Assembly: GCF_016433145.1 (NCBI RefSeq)
Contig: NC_058131.1
Span: forward strand, 288,984,962 to 289,048,961
Source of the DNA: Gracilinanus agilis
Taxonomy: Eukaryota
Direction of reading: 5' to 3'
DNA: 64,000 nt
Notes under the pieces: generated by a model
What the model saw: the letters and a program-made list of their open reading frames with translations, nothing else
What the model was told of the DNA's origin: nothing
The model's database searches: none
Made by a program: the position numbers and the translations under genes
In this document: positions 11,200 to 24,726 of the stretch, one piece after another
How the letters are laid out: each line of letters opens with the position of its first letter
Position numbering within the stretch: position 1 is the first letter of the stretch

Positions 11200-12160
11200 G
11201 TCAGCCTGCCCTCTCTGATACCTTCTCTTTCTCCAGGGTGCCCTCCCAACTTCCAGCCACCCACCCCAGCTCTCCCTTCCCACTTCCTGACACTGCCCTC
11301 CCCTCAAACTTTATCCAGACCCCCCAGATCCCCAAGTCAATTCCAGTACATACAAGTCACTTTATAAAGAGAATTCCCTAGGCACAGAGGCACTTATTAT
11401 CTAAGAACAAAATATCCTGGAGGGAGTATTAAAGAAATTTTGAATTAAGGAGACAGTTTACCAGTGGTCAGAAAAAGTCAGTCTAATACAGTCTAAAACA
11501 GCACACACATATCCAGAAGATGCTCTGTGCTGACTCTCTGCTGATCATGGGAGCTCACACTTCAAGTTTTTCTGTACATTGCTTTGTTTAGTGTGCCTCC
11601 CCTCCCACCCCCCAGTAGCCCTACTGGTGACTTAATAGAAGTAGGATCTTTCAGAGGATGCACCCGAGGCTCACAGAAAGGAAGGGACTTACTGAAAGTC
11701 ATCAATGAATTGGGGGCAGAACTAGATGAGAAATCAAGTGACAGCATCCAGCCCTGCCTCCATCCCTCCTACTGTGGAGGTCAATGGGGCCCTTCAGAAG
11801 GGGCTGTGCCAGGTCCTCACCTTCTGGAGGAGCCCACAGTCTGCTTGGTGAAACAAAGGACTACCTTGGTGGAAAGAGACCAGGATGATGTAAAGGCAAA
11901 GTCCGGGGCCCCAGGCCCTGCTCCAAAAGCCATGTGACTTTGGGCAGGTCATTCTTCCCAAGCCACTGCTTCTGTCCCAGCCAAATGTAAGCTGGACTCA
12001 ATGCCCTCTGCCATCTTTTTTAGATTGGGCATTCGGTGTCCTGAGGTCCCTCTCTTTTCTATAACCCTTTGTTAATAGAGGCACCCTGCCTGAATGCAGG
12101 GTGTGCTGCCGGGTATGCCATCACCCCCTTTCTCTCCTCTCTTCCACTCCGCTCCCACAG

Positions 12161-12405
12161 GAGCCAAGCCCTTTGCCTGTGAGTTCTGCCATTTCACCAC
12201 GAGGCATAAAAAGAACCTCCGTCTGCATGTGCGCTGCCGGCACTCAGCCAGCTTTGAGGAGTGGGGTCGACGTCACCCTGAGGAACCACCCTGCCGCCGC
12301 CGCCCTTTCTTTTCAAGGCAGCAGATAGAAGAGCTAAAGCAACAACATGGGCAGCGCCCTGGGCTCCCTGAGTCTGCCACCCTTGATCCACCAGACTCCC
12401 CAGAG
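12161..12405 (+). CDS. ZNF335: ZNF335 exon 15
   Basis: [27 protein letters not shown]...DPPDSPE|gtgagg. Confidence 0.95.
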
Positions 12406-12539
12406 GTGAGGCAGGGGCGTCAAGGTGGGATGAGGGTGGAAGTCAGAGCCAGACCAAGGGTGAGGGGTTAGGGAGGTGAGGACAGAGTCTGGACTGGGAG
12501 AGGTGAAGATAGGGCTTGAAGCCATGTCCTATCCCTCAG

Positions 12540-12624
12540 GTTCCCCCGGAGTCAGCAACTCCTGAGACCTCCCAGCTGCTGTGTCCTGAGGCCCTGGGGG
12601 GTGCCACCATCATTTACCAGCAAG
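12540..12624 (+). CDS. ZNF335: ZNF335 exon 16
   Basis: VPPESATPETSQLLCPEALGGATIIYQQ G|gtgagg. Confidence 0.92.
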
Positions 12625-12739
12625 GTGAGGCTTTAGCAGGGGTATGAGGGGTAGGGTGAAGGGTGGCAGGGAGAGGTGGGCTCTCAGGCCACCAATTTTC
12701 TCCCCTGTTTCTTTTCTTACGACCCATATCCACCCTTAG

Positions 12740-12834
12740 GAGCTGAAGAATCCACAGCCTTGGCCACTCAGACAGCATTAGACCTTCTGCTGAACATGAG
12801 TACCCAGCGGGAGCTGGGAGGAGCTGCCCTACAG
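12740..12834 (+). CDS. ZNF335: ZNF335 exon 17 (LxxLL motif LDLLL)
   Basis: [31 protein letters not shown]. Confidence 0.95.
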
Positions 12835-13926
12835 GTGGGACTGTGGAGGAGCTCCTTGTGTCATATCCCAACTCTCAGGAAGCCCCACATTTTCCCCAAA
12901 TTGTCAAGTATTTCCCGGGCTGCCCATATGCTTAGTGTTGAGAACAGTGAGAAGAGGTGAGATAAACAGGACAGTCTTTGCTCCTGCTGAGCTCATAGTC
13001 TAGTTGGGGTAGTTTAAAGACTTGTGTTCTTTAAACCAGAGGTTCATCTTTGTATCGTGGATCCCCTTTGGGAAGCTAGTGAGGTCTATGGATTTCCTTT
13101 TAGAATAATGTTTTTAAATTTACAAAGGAAACAAATAAGATTACAAAGGAAACCAATTATATTAAAATAATCATCAAGCCATTTTTTTAAAAAGTCCATG
13201 GACCCCAGGTGAAGCATCTTAGCAGGAGAAGGTAAAATGCTGGTCTGAGATGTAGCTGTTGTGAACAGAGATGACTTTACAGAGGAGATGATGCTGAAGG
13301 ATAACCCATTACACGTTTCTGAATCACTTTATTTTTAAGTGTCTTTCTTTGAGCATCTCTATAAGAAAAAATGTCCTTATTGTTCAGATGAGGAGACTGA
13401 GGCTCAGAAGAGTGAGGTGAGATCTAAGGGTATGATGGAAAGAGCACCAGGTCTGGGTTCAAATCCTGACTCTGCCACTTATTAGCATAATGACTTTGGA
13501 CAAGTCATTTCCTGTTCTAGGCCTCAGATTTCCTCCTTTGAACCAAGAGTAGGTTAGATAAAATCATCTCCAAGGTCTCTTCTAGCTCTGCATTCATTGA
13601 TCCTGTGATTCAGGTCACACAAGCAGGCAGTGTTAGAATCTCAGGTTCCTGCCTCCAAGGTCAGTGCTCTTGCTACTAGGTTCCATGTTCAGGGTCCCAG
13701 ATTAAGGTGGTACTTGGATAGGTAGGCAAGAATCAGGAGGGTACAGTTTCCATAGGGGCAGAAAGGAAAAGCAGCCTGAACAAAGATGGGGCCTCAGAAT
13801 GAGCCTGGAATGTCCAGGGCATAGAAAGGAGCTGGCTGGCTTGGGTGGACAGTACATGGTGAAGCTTGAGGGGCATGCAGTCACCTCAGCATCTTCCCTG
13901 GTAACAACCCATTACTTCCATGGCAG

Positions 13927-14186
13927 GTGGCTGTAGTGAAATCAGATGGCGTCCGGGCAGAGCTCTCTTCTCCTCCTGGGGAGCCCAGTTCCCCAGGAGC
14001 CTCTCCTCAGGTGGTCACCTTGCACGTGGCTGAGTCTGGAGGTAGCTTTGCTGGGGAGGGTCCAGTGGGTGTGTCAGACCTGCAGCAGATCACCCTGGCC
14101 CCAGTGCCATACAGTGGAACTAGCTACAGCGTCATTGCAGCCCCTCCTATGGAAGAGGGGACCTCTGCCCCAGGAACCCCATACAG
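13927..14186 (+). CDS. ZNF335: ZNF335 exon 18
   Basis: VAVVKSDG...[16 protein letters not shown]|gtgagt. Confidence 0.94.
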
Positions 14187-14473
14187 GTGAGTCCCACTTC
14201 TGCCCACCCTAGCTGGTGACAGAGTGAAGTGTCCTTGCCCTTTGCTACCATCCAGGAATACAGTGGAGGGGATGTTTCTTGTCCAAGCAGCACCTGGATC
14301 TCAGCCTTTTCTTCTGTCTTCTCTTCCTAAGTGGTGCTCATTCCCCACCATGCTCTCTAGCACAGCCACCAATGATTTCAGTACATTACTCTTGACCACC
14401 CCAAAGAACAGACTCTTCAGAGTTCACAAAGATTTTGGAGAAAATTAGTCTAACTGATGCCTAAAAAGAGATA

Positions 14474-14475
<2 letters not shown>

Positions 14476-14508
<33 letters not shown>
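14476..14508 (+). repeat. (AC)16 microsatellite
   Basis: Perfect dinucleotide run. Confidence 0.95.
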
Positions 14509-14511
<3 letters not shown>

Positions 14512-15856
14512 ACTGACCAGGTATCATCATGCTTCTGACTGAAGGAAGTTCAGTGATGGGACAATCTTTGATCTCCCTGAGGTGGGACATATTCCCAATG
14601 TTCTTAGTTCTGGTCTCTGAGGCCAAGCAGAACAAGACTCATCTCGTGGCCCTACCAATCCTTGAAGGGAGCTATCCTGGCACCCTTATATCTTCTCTTC
14701 TCCTCACTCATCATAGCTAGTCCCTCTGAACCATGACGTCTTTCCCCACATGATTTTAGCCACTGCCTTCTGACCTTATTCTCTTTTATTAGTGTGCTTG
14801 CTAAAATGTGAAGTGCTTTAAATTGGACATAGCACTTCAGACATGTGCTGCTCAGGACAGAGCCAAATGGAGACCTTACTTTCCTCAGACTTCCCCATAA
14901 TGCAGCCCCAAGATCACATCAGCTTTTTAAAATTCCATGTCTCACTATTGGTTCATGGAAACAAGCCCACTTGAGCACCCTAATGTTTTCATGTGGGCCA
15001 TTGTTCAAGGCTCAACTCATGCAACAACTCTTATGGGAAGCCTTTCCTATGAACCTTACTGTTAGGAGTATTCTCTCCTCAAATTAAGGAAAATATAAGC
15101 TCCTTAAAGACACTAGTTTTTGCTCCTATTTTATTAGCCCCTAGCCTGGTGCCTTGCACATAGTAGGCACTTAAGGATTGTCTATCTGTGACACTTCCCC
15201 CAGTCTGACTGTCCCTGGGGGTTCTTTTCTGCTCCATTTCAGCTAATGTCTCCCAGGGTATGCCCTAGGAATATTGTTATCTCTCAAACCTTCTTCCTAG
15301 CCTTTTCTAGTGAGAAAGTGTTCTCAGTGCCTATCTGTAATTGCTGCATCCCAGATTCTCCTCTGTCCTCTTTCTCTTTCCAAAACTCCCCTCCTTTTGA
15401 CCTTCTCTAACTGAAAGCATCCAGGTGCTTCTTACCTCATCTCCTGACTTTGAGTGTTCATTGATCTACAACTCCTTTACAATTCAGAGATTCCTATTAA
15501 CCATCTGCCTGTTAAGGGCAGCTTCCATGTTGCTTATTATGAACAATCCTGGGTTTATGCTGTAACAGTTATCTCTGACTGTCAGTATTTAGATATAGAA
15601 TATGTCATGGAATGAGGCTATTACAACTGGAAAGACCTTTGGAGATTGGGTTTAGTTTGCCTTGAAGCCCAAAGTAAGGAAGTGACTTCTCTGGTACAAT
15701 AAGAAAGTGATGGTCAGGCCTAGAATCCCAGATCTCCTGCGTCCCAGTTCCATGCTCTTCCTCCCATGGCATGAATAATGTCCACAAAATCCTATTATCT
15801 CCCTTAAGATCCTATGACCCCTTCTCAGCCTTCCCTTTATCTCCCTGTACCCACAG

Positions 15857-15968
15857 CCAGGAACCCCCAGGGGAGGCCGCACAGGCTGTGGTGGTAAGTG
15901 ATGCCTTGAAGGAGCCCAGCACCCACTATATCATGGCAGCAGATGGGACACAGCTACATCACATAGAG
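15857..15968 (+). CDS. ZNF335: ZNF335 exon 19
   Basis: [37 protein letters not shown]|gtaaga. Confidence 0.94.
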
Positions 15969-17714
15969 GTAAGAGGCTCTCTGGCTTCCCCAATCTCAAA
16001 AGCTGGCCCTCTATCTCCCCTGTGAACCCTCAACTACTTATTACTCATCCTCAAGATATTTGCCCCAAAATGCACCTATCTCCCACAACTATTTATAAGG
16101 ATCAGATAACGTGATAAGTATTGACATTCTTTGTAAACTTTTAAGCACTATATAAATGTCAGCTAAGGTTAAAGAGTTGGAGAGGAGGAAGAGGAGTGAC
16201 TGATATGTCCTGTTCCCTTCCAGAAGGCCCCGACACCACCACCACTACACCCTTTATCCCTTCGCCCACTATTGTCTTTCCATCCCCTTCACCCTCGTTT
16301 TGACAAGATGGAAGATCTCTGATTTGGGAAGGCACCTTCTTCAATGGCTGCCTTGTCCAGCCTAGATATGAACTAGAAAACACAGTATTACCAAGTAGTC
16401 AATATGCCTTTACTTGAAGACTTCCAGTAAGGGTGAGCCCTCTGCCTTGAGACAGCTCATTTTCACTTTGGACAGCTCTAATTGTCAGGGAAGTTGAACT
16501 GCTTCTCTGCAACATCTGCTTAATGTTTTTAAGTCTTTTCTTTGGAGTCAACCAGACTAAGTCAGAGATTTCTTCTGCATTTATAGTCCTTCAGATACGT
16601 GATGATAGCTATCTATCGTGTCCCACCTAAGTCTCATTTTCTCCAAGCTAAGCATTCCCTTTTCTTTCAGTCAATGGTCTCATGACAATCCTAGGGTCAT
16701 TTGCCATTTTGATCACCTTACTGGACACTGTCCAGTTTTTTAATTCCTCCAGATCTAGATATAGTATTTCAACTGTAGTCTGACCGGGGCAGAACACAAG
16801 GACACTGTATGATTACCTCTTATTCCTGGAACTTAGACCTCTCTTAATGCAAAATAAAACCGTTCTTGGCTCCATAGATACTGTTGATTCATATTGAACC
16901 CCCAAATCTTTTCCAAATGAACTATGGTCTAGTCATGTCTTTCTAACCTTGTACTTATGAAGTTGACTTTTGAACCCAAGCATAAGACTTTTATTTATTT
17001 AATAGGGATAAGTGAAATCTTTAAACTTAGTCTCATGTTTTATGGTGTCAGACTCAGGTAGAAATAGTGGTAACTAAATCATACATCTTCTATTGTATTT
17101 TTATTTATCTTGTTAAATATTTCCTAATTGCTTTGTAATCTGGTTCAGGCTTCACCCTAGTTACAGGCCATAGGTTGAATGTTTGACACGTTTGTTCTAG
17201 CCTACCAAGATCTCTTTGGATCCTAACTGTCATGAAATGTTAATCATTTTCTCCTGCTTTATGTCCCCTGAAAAATTTATATTTATGCCATCTTTGCTTT
17301 TATCTAAGTTATTGATAAAAATGTAAAACAGCAGAAGTAGGTGCAGATTCCTAAGTCACTCCTCCAGACATGTTCTTCCAAATTTAATTGTTTTTAGGGA
17401 CAAGCATATTCATATACCTCAGTAGCAACTTGCTTTATATAAAATCAGATGACAATTGATGGTAATGACTATCCTGATTCATTAAAAAAGTATCAAATTA
17501 TGTTCAGTGTACCTGTTTAAGACTATCCAAGTTAACATGGAAACACAGCTATCTAAGGGGTCTGGTTATGAATCCATCTAACAGTACTATTATCTAGGCC
17601 AAATTGGACCATCTTTCCTTCATGAAAAGCATGAAAATGACTTCATCAAATGCTTTGCTAGAATCCAAGTAAATTATTTCTGTCACATTTTCCTGATTCC
17701 CTGGTCTAGCTGGG

Positions 17715-17835
17715 CAGTGGGCCTTGAGTGACTTGCCCAGGTCACACAGCTAGGAAGTATCTGAGGCCACATTTGAACCCAGGACTTCCCATCTCTAGGC
17801 CTGGCTCTCAATCCACTGAGCCACCCAGCTGCCCC
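17715..17835 (-). mobile_element. SINE1_Mdo-like SINE (5' part)
   Basis: GTGACTTGCCCAGGTCACACAGCTAGGAAG...CCACTGAGCCACCCAGCTGCCCC. Confidence 0.85.
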
Positions 17836-18607
17836 CAACATGTGAGCTGTTCTTGAGGAGGCCTAGCTCATTCTTTGTGGTCCCCAACTCCCTTCACCAG
17901 ATGCCCATTAACCATTCTTCCATCAACAAACATTCTAAAGTTTTGCCAAACCTCAGAATCAAGCTCACTGAGTTTTGAGTTTGCAAAATTCTTCTTTTCC
18001 CATTTTGGAAAATTAGACACTTGCCTTTTTCTAATCCCGTGGGTGCCCTTCCTATTTTTCATGAAATTACTTGTCAGCAATTCAGCAATGACATCTGACA
18101 TTCCTTTCAGTGCTTCAGGCCATTCAAGCCTGGCCTGCTCTCATTGGAGACAGACAGGTGCTCTCTTCTTCTCAACTTACTTACCCTTGGTTTCACATCG
18201 CCATTGGCCATTTTTGTTCTATCTTTTCCGGTCGAAAGAAAGGTCAGAGGAAAACAGAAACAAAAGAATTAAGCAGTGATGCTTTCTCTGCACAAAGGGG
18301 ACAGGACATTGGATATGGAGTCAGGAAGACCTAAATTTATAGCTTGCCTCAGATATTACTAGCTAACTGGGTGACCTTGGGCCTAACCTCGCTCAGCCTC
18401 AGTTTTCTCACTTGTAAAATAGAATTGAACCTGATGGCCTCAAGGGCTCTTGGCTCTTCTGACTTTAAATCTTTAATCCTTCAATCTATTATCATCATCC
18501 TATAAATACCAAGCCCATTCCTAGCTCTTTTTGATTCTCTTCTTTTCTCCAACGGAATACTTTTTGTCCTTAGCCTTTCCTTCCAATCTTAATTCATTTT
18601 CTTTTCC

Positions 18608-18795
18608 TTTAAAAACCCTTTCCTTAGAATTGATGCTAAGTATTACTTCCAAGGCAGAAGAATGGTAAGGGCTAAGCATTGGGGGTTAAGGGCTTTGCCC
18701 AGGATTACATAGCTAGGATATGTCTAAGGTCTCAACCAGGACCTCCCATCTCTGGTCCTGGCTCTCAATCCACTGAGCCACATCACTGCCCCCTT
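18608..18795 (-). mobile_element. SINE1_Mdo-like SINE
   Basis: Reverse complement of tail, CORE and head. Confidence 0.8.
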
Positions 18796-19147
18796 AGCTC
18801 ATTTTCAACTTTCTCACTCTTTACACTATATCCTTGTAGGGCTAACCCATACTCCTCTATCATCATCTACATTTTGTAGTTCAATTTTTAAAAGGCTGAC
18901 AATTCATACACATTGGTCTCTTTAGACAACTTCTCACTTTTTCATTGGAATACTTTTCTTTATGTCTTCCCTCTTACATTTGCCTCCTTGGTAGAATTTT
19001 AGTCTATGGGATTCTACTTATCCTCTGAGTCTTTTGAAATTTGCTTTCGTATAATCTAAGGTACATGGTCATACTGGACCCAGATTTCTTCTCTGTCATA
19101 AATTCTAAGATGGAGTGACTTCTTTTCCCAATGTTCCTATCATTATT

Positions 19148-19325
19148 TAAAAAACCCTGACCTTTTGTCTTAGCAATTCTAAGACAGAAGAGGACAAAAG
19201 CTAGGCAATTGGGGTTAAAATGACCTGCCCAGGGTCACACAGGAAGTATCTGAGACCAGATTTAAACCCAGGACTTCCCAACTCCAGACCTGGTGCTCTA
19301 ACCACCATTCTACCTAGCTACCCCT
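19148..19325 (-). mobile_element. SINE1_Mdo-like SINE
   Basis: Reverse complement of tail, CORE and head. Confidence 0.8.
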
Positions 19326-19507
19326 TCCTGTAGTTTCTTTCTAAATAATTAGTTCTTCTTTGTTGGTATGAATCAAATTCAGAATAGAATTTCCCATCAC
19401 TGGTTCTCCCTTTTTAAGGATAAAATTATCATGAAGATAAGTCCAGAAGTCATTAGCTGTTCTGATTTGTTCAGAGAGAGAGAGAGAGAGCTCTAAATGA
19501 TATCCAG

Positions 19508-19701
19508 GGGGCAGCTGGGTGGCTCAGTGTATTGAGAACCAGGACCAGAGAGGGGAGGTTCCAATCTGTCCTCAGACACTTCCTATCTGTGTGACCCTGG
19601 GCAAGTCACTTAACCCCTATTGCCTAGCCCTTACCACTCTTCTGCTTTAGAACCAAGATTCTAAGATGAAAGGTAAGGGTTAAAAAAAAAAAAAAAAAAA
19701 G
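19508..19701 (+). mobile_element. SINE1_Mdo-like SINE with poly(A) tail
   Basis: GGGGGCAGCTGGGTGGCTCAG...GGTAAGGGTT followed by a long A run. Confidence 0.9.
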
Positions 19702-19764
19702 GATCAGAGCTGGGATTTTAACTAACTTCATTCTACTATGTTTTGTTGACTCATTGAGTCATAG

Positions 19765-19915
19765 CAGTGGGAGGTCCTGGGTTCCCAAGTGGCCTCAGAT
19801 TCTTCTCAGCTGTGTGATCCTGGGCAAGTCACTTGACCCCTATTGCCTAGCCCTTACCGCTCTTTTGCCTTAGAATCAATACTATAAGACAAGGTAAGGG
19901 TTTAAAAAAATTTTT
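19765..19915 (+). mobile_element. SINE1_Mdo-like SINE (5' truncated)
   Basis: GGGAGGTCCTGGGTTC...GCCTAGCCCTTACCGCTC...GGTAAGGGTTTAAAAAAA. Confidence 0.85.
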
Positions 19916-20514
19916 TTAATAAAATAAATGATATCCAAATAGTCTCCAATTACTGCTTTTCCAGGCTTGTGATATTTTCCAAACTCGTCTCTTTTCTATT
20001 TCTGCCCCATCTTCTTAAGTGTATGCCAGCTTTAATAATCATTTTTTTGTTTCTGAAACTAGTGATCTTTTTCTTCGTCTTTCCCATGCTTCTCCACTCT
20101 GGTAGGTGAAGATGCCTTCATATGTAGAGCATTTATTACAGATTCCTTGTTTCCAGAGCTGTATTCTAGTATGGGGTTCCTCCCACCAATTTCAAGTCAA
20201 ATTTGCCTTCTTGTATTAGGATTTCTTATTTACTTTACTTGTTACTTTTGTCTATAGGTATAAGAACTCATGCTTTTTATTGCTAGTTTGCTATGAATTG
20301 GGGGCATCTTTACTGATAACTCCTTCATTATAGCTTCTCTGAATATTAACTAGATTGGTGATTATATTTTTCCCCCTCCTTCCTATTTCAATTTAAAGCC
20401 CTTTTGATATACAACAAATACATTCTTACGCCTTCTTGTTAGGTACACCCCATTTCTGTTTCAGGAGCCCATCAGTCCCTTGTTTTAAGCCAAGATCCTG
20501 AAAGCACACGGATG

Positions 20515-20730
20515 CCATTCTTTTTTTTTTTTTCTTCTCAGTTCCTTTCCCTTCACTTTTCTTGCTTTCTTCACTTTTTCCTTCTCCTCCATCTCTCCTT
20601 CTTCTCTTCCCTTCTCCTCCTCTAGCTTGTCTCCTTTTCTTCTCCAAATCTCATCTATGCTCCCTTGCCTCCCAAACTTTCTTTGCCATTTGAGTCCTGT
20701 TTCTGTCTTTCCTTTCTCTCTCAACCTTTC
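20515..20730 (+). repeat. C/T-rich low-complexity tract upstream of ZNF335 exon 20
   Basis: Poly-T followed by TTCC/CTC-rich runs. Confidence 0.7.
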
Positions 20731-20890
20731 CCAAGCTCAGCCTGATTTCTCTTGACTTCTGGTCTGCCACTTTCTCATTCCAAACTAGCCCAATTAGTCT
20801 GTGGCACAATTACTCTTATTCTCTCTTTTCCCTTCCCAGTTTAGACAGATCCTGGTTCCCCCCTCACTGTCTCTTTTCTTTTCCCCACAG

Positions 20891-21310
20891 CTGAGTGCAG
20901 ATGGAGGCGTTTCCTTCTCAGGCCCAGGGGTTGCCGATACTCCAGACTCTGGGGCTAAGTGGCCCCTATTGCAGTGTGGAGGACGGCCACTGGGCAGAGA
21001 TGGCCCTGCACCTCCCTCCCCTGCAAGAGCCCTTAGGGCTGGGGTTACCCCAGTGGAGGACAGAGTGCCACCTACCTCAACTTCCCCACCTCTCCCAGCC
21101 ACAAAAGCCTTGGGCCTGGTGGCTCCCTCGCCACCCCCATCTTCCTCAACAGCAGCAGCCACATCAGCCAAGAAGTTTTCCTGTAAGATCTGTTCGGAGG
21201 CCTTCCCAGGAAGGGCTGAAATGGAGAGCCACAAACGGGCCCACACTGGGCCCAGCACCTTCAAGTGTCCTGACTGCTCATTTGTTGCTCACCTGTGGCC
21301 TGAGGTTCGG
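20891..21310 (+). CDS. ZNF335: ZNF335 exon 20
   Basis: LSADGGVSF...[25 protein letters not shown]...HLWPEVR|gtaggt; 420 nt. Confidence 0.95.
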
Positions 21311-22513
21311 GTAGGTAACAGGACTAAGGTGGGAGTACCTGAGCACAATTACAACCTCACTATATGTACAAGGCCAGTGCTATCTCACTGTGCTCTCAGT
21401 TCTCAATTATGTGGACTTCTGTTATGGTTATAATCCCACGCATTTAGATGGTATTTTTCAATCAGACTTTGAATCCTTCTAACAATGCCCCAGGGTCAAC
21501 AGCTGGGCATTATCAATAGCCCTTTTTGATGACTGAGAAGAAAACCATGGTTCTGAGAAGAGAGGGCCTCACCTAGTCACATAGTCAGGGACAGAGCAAG
21601 GACTAGAATTCAGGTCTTCTGATTTTGAGCCAATAATTCTTTTGGTTGGATCCCATGGTTGTGACCAGTCAGCCTGTAATAATAGTTTGTGCCTGGTATA
21701 TGTGATGTTTTGACAGCAAATTTATCTTTCCTAATCGTTATGTTGGGTTGGGTTGAACATTAAAATGAGCTTTTTTTTCCCTGGGTCTTTGTCAGCAGGG
21801 CGACAGAAGCAGGTGGCTTTGGGGTTGCATTACAAGCTTCTTAGCCAAGTTAGAAGGCAATATGGCCTAGTGGAAAGAGCATGGAATTTGGAGGCAGTGG
21901 CCTTGGATTTGAATCCCAGCTCCTACTACTTCCTAACTCTGTGACCCCTGCCCCTTCTTATAGGCAAGTTTCTTAGGCTCTCTGGGCCTCAGTTTGCTCA
22001 TCTGTAAAATAAGGGTGGGGGTAGAACAGATGGTCCCTAGCGTCCCTTTCTAGTGTCTCAGATCCTGTTATGTAATTCAGTCATAGCTAATGTTTACCTA
22101 GCACTGTACTGTGGCTTTCAGAACATATTACTTATAACTATTCATTGAGATTGCAAGTCTGTTCTCATTTGACACAAACTGGAATCTAGAGCAGGGTAAT
22201 GACTTTCCCAATGTGACATAATCAGTAAAAGCCAGGGATAGAGCCCAGGCTTCCTGGCCCTCCCTTCTGTAGGGTCATAGATTACATTAGAAGGGACCTT
22301 AGAAACCATCTCATCCAATCCCCACCTGTTTTACAGAGCAGGAATCTGAGGCCCAGGGAGGGCAGCTGGCCTCTGTTTATAATCCCAGGTGCTATTTGAC
22401 CCCAACTTTCCTGTCTTTTAAATCCAGCTCTCTGACTACTATACCATGCTACCTTTAAGGTTCTTCTCCAGCTGCCTTCAGGTTGGTGGGCAGACTATGG
22501 GCTAGTTTCCTAG

Positions 22514-22720
<207 letters not shown>

Positions 22721-22826
22721 TGAGAGCCAGAAGAGGTTGGGGAGGGAGGGAAGGACAGTAGAAGGAGAACGGACCTGGGGACTGGGGGTTGGGGCTGTCT
22801 GACCCTTCTCCCCTTTTGCCCACCAG

Positions 22827-22981
22827 CTTCAACCGAAATGGCCACCTCAAATTCCACATACAACGGTTACACAGCCCAGATGGAAGGAAGCCGGGCCCCC
22901 CAGTGCCCAGGGCCCCTCCCCGTGCCTCCACCCAGACCATCATCCTCAATAGTGATGATGAAACCCTGGCTACACTGCATA
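22827..22981 (+). CDS. ZNF335: ZNF335 exon 22
   Basis: [19 protein letters not shown]...[14 protein letters not shown]. Confidence 0.96.
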
Positions 22982-23326
22982 GTGAGCTCCCCTTCTCCTG
23001 ACCCCCTTTCACTTTGGAACAGGGATACTCCAAGGCATTGATTGGGTTCAGGGGAGTGTATTTGGGCATTCTCTTGGGTAAGGGCACTTTCTTAGGGAAA
23101 ACAAGACAACATATTTCCTATGGCCTAGGTAAGGCTATCTCACTAGTATGGTTTTCCCCAGAGCCGACTGAGGGACCTTCAGTATGAGAGTAGACCAGGT
23201 TTGCAGAGCTTGGGGTTCAGCACCAGGTTCAATAGGTGTCTTTTAGACTTTCCCAAGTCTGCGGCCTACTAACCTACCCCATCCTACTTCCTCTTCCCTA
23301 CTCTTCCTTTTTTTCTCTCCTCACAG

Positions 23327-23430
23327 CTGCCCTTCAGTCCAGTCATGGGGTACTGGGGCCTGATCGGCTCCAACAAGCGCTGGGTCAGGATCACATCATT
23401 GTGGCACAGGAACAAACTGTAGCCAATCAG
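23327..23430 (+). CDS. ZNF335: ZNF335 exon 23
   Basis: [34 protein letters not shown]. Confidence 0.95.
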
Positions 23431-23538
23431 GTGAGGCCAAGAGGAGCCCTGGGATTTATGGGTAGGGTGAGGGGGGTAGGATCAGCAGGGAGATTAGGCT
23501 GAGACTAGTTTCTACGGGAGCTGGGTTTGTCTTGGTAG

Positions 23539-23616
23539 GAGGAAGCCACTTATATCCAGGAGATCACTACTGCGGATGGACAGATGGTACAGCACCTGGT
23601 AACCTCAGATAACCAG
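23539..23616 (+). CDS. ZNF335: ZNF335 exon 24
   Basis: [26 protein letters not shown]|gtaagt. Confidence 0.95.
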
Positions 23617-24027
23617 GTAAGTTTTTTTCATTGTTCCTTTGACTTCAGCCTCCCCCACCCCACAGCTTCATAAGAGATTAGGATTTAGGGCTGGGAGTAA
23701 TCTTAGAGATTAGTCCAACCTTCATTTTATAGTTGGGGGAAAACCCATCCCCAGAGGAGTAAAATATCTAAATCAAAAATGGACAGCTCAGTCCCCATCA
23801 TCTCTGATGTCTCTTCTAACTCCCTCACTCCCCTTGGATCTCAGAATGGTCACAGCCCCATCTTGGGCCCCTTAGTCCTCAGAATATGTCCTTTTTTTCT
23901 AGAATGTATATATTTTTTCCCCAGTGAGACCAACAACCCAGTGAGAGCAGGGCCTCTCTGGATCCTGTCCACAACCAGCCTAAATAGTTCCCCACCAAAG
24001 GTATACTAGCAAAATGATACCTAGTGA

Positions 24028-24310
<283 letters not shown>

Positions 24311-24323
24311 TAGGGGATAATAG

Positions 24324-24726
<403 letters not shown>

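Larger units (their letters stand above)
16405..20300 (-). mobile_element. Long fragmented CR1/L3 LINE relic (ORF2 endonuclease, RT, 3' end), split by SINEs
   Basis: Minus-strand translations LFYIFINNLDKSKDGI (~17287-17331), MSDVIAELL (~18075-18101), ANDFWTYLHDNFILKKGEPVMGNSILNLIHTNKEEL (~19350-19460), in collinear order. Confidence 0.75.

Noticed and set aside
20801-21433. 210-aa ORF as a stand-alone gene
   Set aside because: It is ZNF335 exon 20 plus open intronic flanks
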